The translations under genes were made by a program, and so were the position numbers. Shown here piece after piece: positions 55,886 through 61,871 of a DNA stretch of 61,871 bases. The stretch comes from an uncultured Bdellovibrionales bacterium (GTDB lineage: Bacteria > Bdellovibrionota_C > UBA2361 > SZUA-149 > CAYOZL01): the NCBI GenBank assembly GCA_964408435.1, contig CAYOZL010000007.1:1-61871 (forward strand). The letters run 5' to 3'. The notes under the pieces were generated by a model. That model was not told the DNA's origin. It did not search any database and saw only the letters and a list, made by a program, of their open reading frames with translations. Position 1 is the first letter of the stretch; the number at the start of each line of letters is the position of its first letter.

Positions 55886-57784
55886 ATGCCTATGGCTTAT
55901 CCAAAAGAAGTATTAAACCAAATTAGAGATAAATCTAGTATCGCTGATTTAGCCACTGAACTTACAGACTTAAAACCTAGTGGTGCAAACTTAGTAGGTC
56001 TTAGCCCTTTTCAAACTGAAAAAACTCCTTCCTTTTATATCTACGATGGAAGTAAAAAATTTAAATGTTTCTCTTCAGGGAAGTCTGGCAGTGTTTTTGA
56101 TTTTGTAATGGAAACAAGAGGCTTTAGTTTTCCTGAAGCAGTAGAGTTTTTAGCTGATAAGAACGGAATAGAGCTTAAAAAAACTAATTATAAAAATGAT
56201 AATTCAAAAGAAATTCTAAAAGTCTTAGAACAAGCAAACCTGCTTTTTCAAAAAGAATTAAAAACTTCAAAATTATCTAAGAGCTATCTTGAATCTAGAG
56301 GTTTTAACTCTTCTATTGTAAATAAATATTCATTAGGATACGCACCAGATAGTTGGGACTTTATTATTAAGTCTATAAAATCTGAATTTATAAAGACCTC
56401 AGGTTTAGTGAAAAGTAAAGATGGTAAACGCTACTACGATGTTTTTAGAAATAGATTGATTTTTCCTATTAAGTCTAAGCAAGGTCATGTAATTGCTTTT
56501 GGTGGCAGGGCTTTAAGTAAGGAAGAAAAAGGCCCTAAGTATCTAAATTCTCCTGAAAGCCCTGTTTATGAAAAAAGAAAAGTTCTCTACGGTTTATTTG
56601 AAGGTCTAGAGTCTATTAGGCTTAAAAAATCAGTATATATAGTTGAAGGCTACTTTGATGTAATGGCAATGGCTAAAAAAGGCTTTGCCAATACAGTTGC
56701 AAGTTGTGGAACTGCTTTTGGTAAAGACCATGCAAGTCAGCTAACAAAACTAGCTTCAAAAGTTATTGTTGTATTCGATTCCGATAAAGCAGGCAGGAAA
56801 GCTGCGGGAAGGTCTTTTGAGTCTTTTTTAAACTCTGGTCTAGAGTCCTTTGGGGTTTTACTTCCTGAAGGAGAGGATCCAGATACTTTTTGTGCAAAAA
56901 ATTCATTTTCAAAAGTAGAAACTTATTTCAATGATAATATGAAGCTACTTTTTGATTTTTTTGTTTTATCTAATGCTGAAGAGATTGCTGTAAAAGATAA
57001 TGATGAAAAAAAGTTTAGATTTGAAGATATTGCTCACTTAAATCCTGCAAGTAAAGGGGAGCTATCGAAAAGAGTTCTTAAAGTCTTAACTAAGGTTATT
57101 AATTCTGTTGAAAGAGAAGCTTTTATAAATAGGTTCTCTGAAATAGCTAAAGTAAAACTATCTTCAGCAAGAGAAGTTTATAGTAAGGAGCACCAGTATA
57201 GCGCTAAGTATAATCGATACGCTCAAGAAGTATCTAAGAACTCAGTGCGAAGAGCTCCTAATAAGACAGATTCTAATGAAGATAACTCTAGGAAAGAAAG
57301 TACTAAAAAATTAAGCAAAACCTTAGAGAGATACATTAAGCAGTTACTATCTTCTGTTCTATCTGAGCCAACAATCATTCCAACTGTAGTCTCAACTGAT
57401 TCTTTCTTTAATCCAGATATTATCTCAGATGCTATGGCTAATAATGTTAAAAACTTATTAAACGATTTGAGTGAAAAAGGTTTTAGTGGTCTTTCCGCTG
57501 AAGATAGAAATACTACTAGAGCTCAGCATAATATGGCAGTGGCTAGTTTAGAAAAATATGGCTTTAGCCCAAAAGATTATATTAAAGAGTCTTATCGCCA
57601 GTTAGATTTAGGCGGAATAGATTATGAAAACTTTGCCTCAGAGGTGAAAAAAGTAGGATCTAGATTAAGTCTAAAATCTGAAATAGAAAAAATAAGAGAA
57701 CAGGAAGTAAACTCTGAAGATATAGAAAAACTTGCTCAACAAAAGTTATTAAAAAAGCGCGAAGCCCTAAAGCGTTCGCGCTGA
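55886..57784 (+). CDS. dnaG: DNA primase
   Basis: EKTPSF, FRNRLIFPI, FGGR, PKYLNSPE, VEGYFDV, FDSD.AG Toprim. Confidence 0.97.
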   Translation: MPMAYPKEVLNQIRDKSSIADLATELTDLKPSGANLVGLSPFQTEKTPSFYIYDGSKKFKCFSSGKSGSVFDFVMETRGFSFPEAVEFLADKNGIELKKTNYKNDNSKEILKVLEQANLLFQKELKTSKLSKSYLESRGFNSSIVNKYSLGYAPDSWDFIIKSIKSEFIKTSGLVKSKDGKRYYDVFRNRLIFPIKSKQGHVIAFGGRALSKEEKGPKYLNSPESPVYEKRKVLYGLFEGLESIRLKKSVYIVEGYFDVMAMAKKGFANTVASCGTAFGKDHASQLTKLASKVIVVFDSDKAGRKAAGRSFESFLNSGLESFGVLLPEGEDPDTFCAKNSFSKVETYFNDNMKLLFDFFVLSNAEEIAVKDNDEKKFRFEDIAHLNPASKGELSKRVLKVLTKVINSVEREAFINRFSEIAKVKLSSAREVYSKEHQYSAKYNRYAQEVSKNSVRRAPNKTDSNEDNSRKESTKKLSKTLERYIKQLLSSVLSEPTIIPTVVSTDSFFNPDIISDAMANNVKNLLNDLSEKGFSGLSAEDRNTTRAQHNMAVASLEKYGFSPKDYIKESYRQLDLGGIDYENFASEVKKVGSRLSLKSEIEKIREQEVNSEDIEKLAQQKLLKKREALKRSR

Positions 57785-57809
57785 TCTAATTCAATAATAT
57801 ATCGCTATA

Positions 57810-58964
57810 CTACTTTGTTATCTTGCTAGCCCAAGAGTCTGCAACTTGCTTTGCAGCATCTCTTCCACCAAGACCAAATGCTAATGCAACAGCAATTGCA
57901 ACAGCACCAATAGTGCAACCAAATGCCATATTAACTATGTTATCTGCAAGTCCCATTGACTTTAAGCCCATAGCTAAAACTAAGCCTAGGATTGCAATTC
58001 TAGCAACTCCAGCTAAGCCTTTATTGCCACTTGCAGACAGTTTTGCGTGAGCAAAAGTGCTTAGGAAATTACCTATTACAAGAATAACGCCACCAACTAA
58101 GATTCCACCGCCAAACTCTAATACTTTAGAGAAGATATTACTTACAATATCAATTCCAAGAGTTTCAACAGCAGCAACTGAAGCAGTTAGCATTGAGAAG
58201 AACATAATTGCTCCACCAATTAATTTAGTTGGAGTAAAAGAAGCATTAAACATATTTTGAAGACCAAGTTTTTCTGGCATTGCATCTATGTTCATTCCTT
58301 CTAGTAGTCCTGTAAGCATAAAAACTACAAACTTTGTTACAAAGTAAGTAACTAATAAAATAATACCTGCTCCTACAATGTTAGGAACTGCAGACATTAA
58401 ATCATTAATCATTTTTGATGCAGGCTCAGTAATTGCTGGTATGTCTAGCACACCTAAAGCAGCAACTACGATTGGAAGTAAAACACCACCAAAAATAAAA
58501 GCACTACCAAATTTTGAAATTTTAATTTCATCATTTCCAGTCTTAAGTGCTAATTGCTCATCTACTTTTCCTAAGGCAACACCTGTTAGCTCAGAGACTA
58601 TTTTAGCAATAATCCAACCAGCGTAAGCTACAACTCCAGCACCAATAATTTTAGGAACGGCTGCTAAGAACTGACTAAGCATTTTTTCTAATGGTTCTAA
58701 AACATTAGTTAACCCAAAGTGTTGCAACACTGCTATTAAAACAAAAATTGTCATAACAGCTTTAATTAATGAAGCTATTGGGCTTGATAAATCGTGTTTC
58801 TTTAGGAATGATACTTTGTTTAGTATTCTCTTAAAAATACCTGCAATAAACTTAACTATAATTAATCCAACGATTAAAATAGCTAGTCCAATTAAGGCAT
58901 GTCCTAATGTGCTAGAGCCAACAGGTCCTAGAACATTTGTAATATTTTGAATAAGTTCGTTCAT
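57810..58964 (-). CDS. Mechanosensitive-channel TM-helix-repeat membrane protein (CmpX-like)
   Basis: Repeated PKII/PNIVGA TM units; ALAFGLGGRDAA. Confidence 0.82.
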   Translation of the reverse strand: MNELIQNITNVLGPVGSSTLGHALIGLAILIVGLIIVKFIAGIFKRILNKVSFLKKHDLSSPIASLIKAVMTIFVLIAVLQHFGLTNVLEPLEKMLSQFLAAVPKIIGAGVVAYAGWIIAKIVSELTGVALGKVDEQLALKTGNDEIKISKFGSAFIFGGVLLPIVVAALGVLDIPAITEPASKMINDLMSAVPNIVGAGIILLVTYFVTKFVVFMLTGLLEGMNIDAMPEKLGLQNMFNASFTPTKLIGGAIMFFSMLTASVAAVETLGIDIVSNIFSKVLEFGGGILVGGVILVIGNFLSTFAHAKLSASGNKGLAGVARIAILGLVLAMGLKSMGLADNIVNMAFGCTIGAVAIAVALAFGLGGRDAAKQVADSWASKITK

Positions 58965-59017
58965 TATTCCCCTCTATAATTTATTTAATATAGAGTAGGA
59001 TATCTAGCAGGAGAGTC

Positions 59018-59052
59018 AAAAAAAAGGCCTTAGATTACTCTAAGGCCTTTTT
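59018..59052. terminator. Intrinsic, probably bidirectional, terminator downstream of sulfite reductase
   Basis: A8-GGCCTTAGA-TTAC-TCTAAGGCC-T5. Confidence 0.9.
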
Positions 59053-59085
59053 CGCGTTGTTTAAATAAACTAAAGAATTACAATT

Positions 59086-60924
59086 TTATTCACTAGAAAG
59101 GTAAGCTTTCACTTTAGTTTCCTTCTCCATTAATTCTTTTGTAGCTTCGTTATTTTTTAGAAAATCTAAAATCGCAGCTTCTCCGATTCTATGGTGGAAA
59201 GTTCCCATTTTTTCTTCGCCTTCTTTTTTCTCTTCGTAGTGTTTAAAAAGAGAATCAATAACTGTTGGTACTTGCTCTCTTGGAATAGAGCGCATGTAAG
59301 TTACACTTTTATCTTCTGAGTAAAGAGGTCTTCCTTGAGTTCTTCCATCTTCACTACCGAAAAGTCTAAGCTGATATCTATTAAGGCCTGTTCCAACTAA
59401 ACCAATAGTTTTAGTAGAGGGTCTAAAACACTGACGCTCACAACCTGTTATACCAATAGATTCTTCCATATCAGACCAACCCATTTCATCTAGCTTATCA
59501 ATCAAACCAGGCTCAAATTTTTCTGAGTCAGTATAAGTAAGTCTACAAGTATCTCTACCAACACAAGCTCCTGAAAGTGTGCGAAGCTTAGAGTAGCTCT
59601 TGCCATTTCTCTTTCCGTAACCGTAAGACTCTAGTTTCTTAACAAAGTCATCTTTTGCAGATTCATCAATGTTAGTAAAAAGTAAATCTTGGTTAGGAGT
59701 AATAACTAAATCATTTTTAAACTCTTCTAGAGTTTCTTTAACCATTGAGCTTAACTTTCCGTTTTCAGCTTCATCGCTTAGACGACCATTTTCAATAAAC
59801 GCACCGTATGCCCATTTGTCGTTTGATTCTTGTTTTGACCAACCATGGTGAAGCATTCTTTGACCAACATCTAAGCTAGTATTTGGCTTTTCTAACTTAA
59901 AGCCTACAACTTTTTCCATTTGTTCTCTGTACCAATCAGTACCTTTGGCTTTAATAACGTATTTAACTCTAGCCCATTTTCGGTTTTGTCTATCCCCCCA
60001 TTCTTTATGAACACTAACTACAGAGTCCATAACTTCTAGAAGTTTGTCTTCTCCAACAATACAAATTGGTTTTGCAAGAGTAGAAAGAGAAAGCTTACCG
60101 TTTTTCTCTCCTTGGCCACCACCTACATAAATTTGAAAGTTCTCTACTTTACCATTTTCGTAAATAGGAATAATTCCTAAATCGTTAGTTAGAGCTTCAG
60201 CACAGTTATCTTGAATAAACTTTCCAGTTTCCTGGTCTCTAGAAATTGCACCAAATGCAATTTTAAATTTTCTATTCAGTAGTTTGTTACCGTAATTAAA
60301 ACGCTTTGGTGGCTCTTGGCCTTCTTTTCTAATGTAGTTAGGATCAACTGCAAAGATTTTAATAAAAGGCTCATCGTCTAACTGAAAATAATCAGCAGCT
60401 TTAAAAGCCCAAGCATTCGCATTGAAGATATTTGAATAACGAGAAAGCGGGCAAGCCATTACATTTCTTGTGTTATCTCCACAACCATTTAAAGTTGAGT
60501 ATCCAGTGCTAGCAATTTCTTGCACTAGAGGAATCATGTCTTCTTTTTTAATCCAGTGATACTGAATATTTTGTCTAGTTGTAAGTCTATGAGAAGGCTT
60601 ACTTCTAGGGCCAGTTGTATATTTATTAGATATCGTATCTAGAATATTCCAAGCTTTTGAATCAAGTGGTCCTCCACCAGGAATAGTTACACGAACCATA
60701 TAATACCAATCTTTTTCACGACCAGTAGCAGCTCTATCAAATTCCATGTAGATTCCGTAAGACTTTGCAATTTGCTCACTTGCCCATTGAATATCAGGCT
60801 TCTGTGGTTCTTTAAAATCGTGCTCTAAGTCACCTATAAAGCCGTTAGAGTTTAGTTTATTGATTTCCTCTTTGCAGAGATCTTCGTCGGCTGTTTTGAA
60901 ATTTGGTTCAAATTTTTTGGGCAT
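59086..60924 (-). CDS. cysI: Sulfite (or nitrite) reductase, siroheme/[4Fe-4S] hemoprotein
   Basis: RLTTRQNIQYH, CGDNTRN, RKFKIA, ACVGRDTC..TGCERQC cluster ligands. Confidence 0.85.
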   Translation of the reverse strand: MPKKFEPNFKTADEDLCKEEINKLNSNGFIGDLEHDFKEPQKPDIQWASEQIAKSYGIYMEFDRAATGREKDWYYMVRVTIPGGGPLDSKAWNILDTISNKYTTGPRSKPSHRLTTRQNIQYHWIKKEDMIPLVQEIASTGYSTLNGCGDNTRNVMACPLSRYSNIFNANAWAFKAADYFQLDDEPFIKIFAVDPNYIRKEGQEPPKRFNYGNKLLNRKFKIAFGAISRDQETGKFIQDNCAEALTNDLGIIPIYENGKVENFQIYVGGGQGEKNGKLSLSTLAKPICIVGEDKLLEVMDSVVSVHKEWGDRQNRKWARVKYVIKAKGTDWYREQMEKVVGFKLEKPNTSLDVGQRMLHHGWSKQESNDKWAYGAFIENGRLSDEAENGKLSSMVKETLEEFKNDLVITPNQDLLFTNIDESAKDDFVKKLESYGYGKRNGKSYSKLRTLSGACVGRDTCRLTYTDSEKFEPGLIDKLDEMGWSDMEESIGITGCERQCFRPSTKTIGLVGTGLNRYQLRLFGSEDGRTQGRPLYSEDKSVTYMRSIPREQVPTVIDSLFKHYEEKKEGEEKMGTFHHRIGEAAILDFLKNNEATKELMEKETKVKAYLSSE

Positions 60925-61678
60925 ATTTATATTCCTCTTCTTTATTTTGTCCTACGGTTTGTTCTATAGTCTTAAAATTTTCTCTAGCAAAAGATGTTAC
61001 TTTTCCAATAATCCAAACTGCTGGTGCTTTTACCTTAGTAATAGAGCTAGCAACCTCATCTAAGTTTGAATAAGTAATTTTTTGATTCTCTAAAGTTCCA
61101 GATTGAATAAAACAACAAGGCTCTAATCTGTTTCTGCCAAGCTTAATAAGCTTTTGTGCAATTTTAACTCTGCTATTAATTCCCATTAGGATAATAAGAG
61201 TTTCAACTTCGTGGTATCTTTCCCAATGAATTTCATGGCCTTGTTGGCCTTGGCCAGTTACAACAGCAAAAGCTTGAGATACTCCTCTTGCAGTAAGAGG
61301 AATGTTATTTAGCCCTGCCAAGCTAGTAGCAGAGCTGATGCCTGGAATGTATTCGTATTCGCAGTTTAATTCTTTTAGGAATAAAATTTCTTCTAAGCCT
61401 CTTCCAAAAATATGTGGGTCGCCACCTTTAAGCCTAACAATTTTTTTATTAGACTTATGTAGCTTAATAAAAAGTTCAAAGATTTTAGCCTGACCTTGGT
61501 CTTGCTCGCCTGGAAGTTTACCTACGCTAATTAATTCAGCATTGCTCTCTTTGATAATCTCAGGATTAACTAAGCGGTCATATAAAATGATATCAGCAGT
61601 ATTGATTGCTTTATACGCTCTAAGGGTAAGTAAGTCTGCAGCGCCTGGGCCTGCTCCAACGATATAAAATTTAGCCAT
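60908..61678 (-). CDS. cobA: Uroporphyrinogen-III C-methyltransferase (SUMT); start at 61678
   Basis: VGAGPGAADLLTLRA, YDRLV, RLKGGDP.IFGRG.EE, PGISS. Confidence 0.93.
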   Translation of the reverse strand: MAKFYIVGAGPGAADLLTLRAYKAINTADIILYDRLVNPEIIKESNAELISVGKLPGEQDQGQAKIFELFIKLHKSNKKIVRLKGGDPHIFGRGLEEILFLKELNCEYEYIPGISSATSLAGLNNIPLTARGVSQAFAVVTGQGQQGHEIHWERYHEVETLIILMGINSRVKIAQKLIKLGRNRLEPCCFIQSGTLENQKITYSNLDEVASSITKVKAPAVWIIGKVTSFARENFKTIEQTVGQNKEEEYKYAQKI

Positions 61679-61700
61679 AATCAAAAGTCTTTTACAGGCA

Positions 61701-61762
61701 GTTGACGTATCATACAAACTACGTTAAGTCTATAGAGGAAGTGTAGTTTAAACTGCATTCCT
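61701..61762. promoter_or_regulatory. Two imperfect palindromes in the divergent cobA/Rrf2 promoter region
   Basis: TTGACGTA-N10-TACGTTAA (61702-61727) and AGGAAGTGTAGTTT|AAACTGCATTCCT (61736-61762). Confidence 0.4.
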
Positions 61763-61800
61763 GTTGTGTAGATTGAATTTAGCATTAACTAAAAGTAATT

Positions 61801-61871
61801 ATGGCCTTTTTATCAATTTCAAGTAGATGTCGCTACGGAATTTTAGCAACAGTTGAGTTAGCTAAAACCGA
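61801..61871 (+). CDS. 5' end of an Rrf2-family transcriptional regulator (partial, not in ORF track)
   Basis: MAFLSISSRCRYGILATVELAKT resembles the Rrf2/CymR/IscR N-terminus (S.+.RYG...ELA); divergent from sulfur assimilation genes. Confidence 0.75.
   Translation, partial: MAFLSISSRCRYGILATVELAKT

Noticed and set aside
399-61493. Many short ORFs antisense to or nested in long genes (e.g. 399..767, 1290..1748, 17003..17464, 28454..28792, 42263..42547, 50856..51152)
   Set aside because: Shadow frames of well-supported genes, with no recognisable motifs

Overview
AT-rich bacterial chromosome segment. The gene content (single lolC/E, bamA-skp-fabZ-lpxA-lpxI, Bat/MoxR operon, mutL-miaA, sulfite reductase) suggests a Gram-negative, Deltaproteobacteria/Bdellovibrionota-like organism (inference). 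It is mostly housekeeping genes, and I recognised no transposase, integrase, CRISPR array or prophage. The unusual signal is non-coding. (1) Three unrelated orphan genes of about 230-240 aa (226..951, 5373..6086, 50754..51434) each sit alone on the + strand between - strand genes. Each is bracketed by its own long-range inverted repeat that can pair the 5' leader with the 3' trailer. (2) A tRNA-Leu(TAA) gene lies in an array of degenerate copies, two of which carry the same 44-nt hairpin insertion with a compensatory base-pair change. (3) A dispersed palindromic element overlaps the TAG stop codon of three unrelated genes. It has co-varying arms, an optional 19-nt variable core and a constant GC-rich tail; a fourth tail copy lies in a highly structured intergenic region. 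All product calls come from recognising motifs in the translations, and no searches were run.
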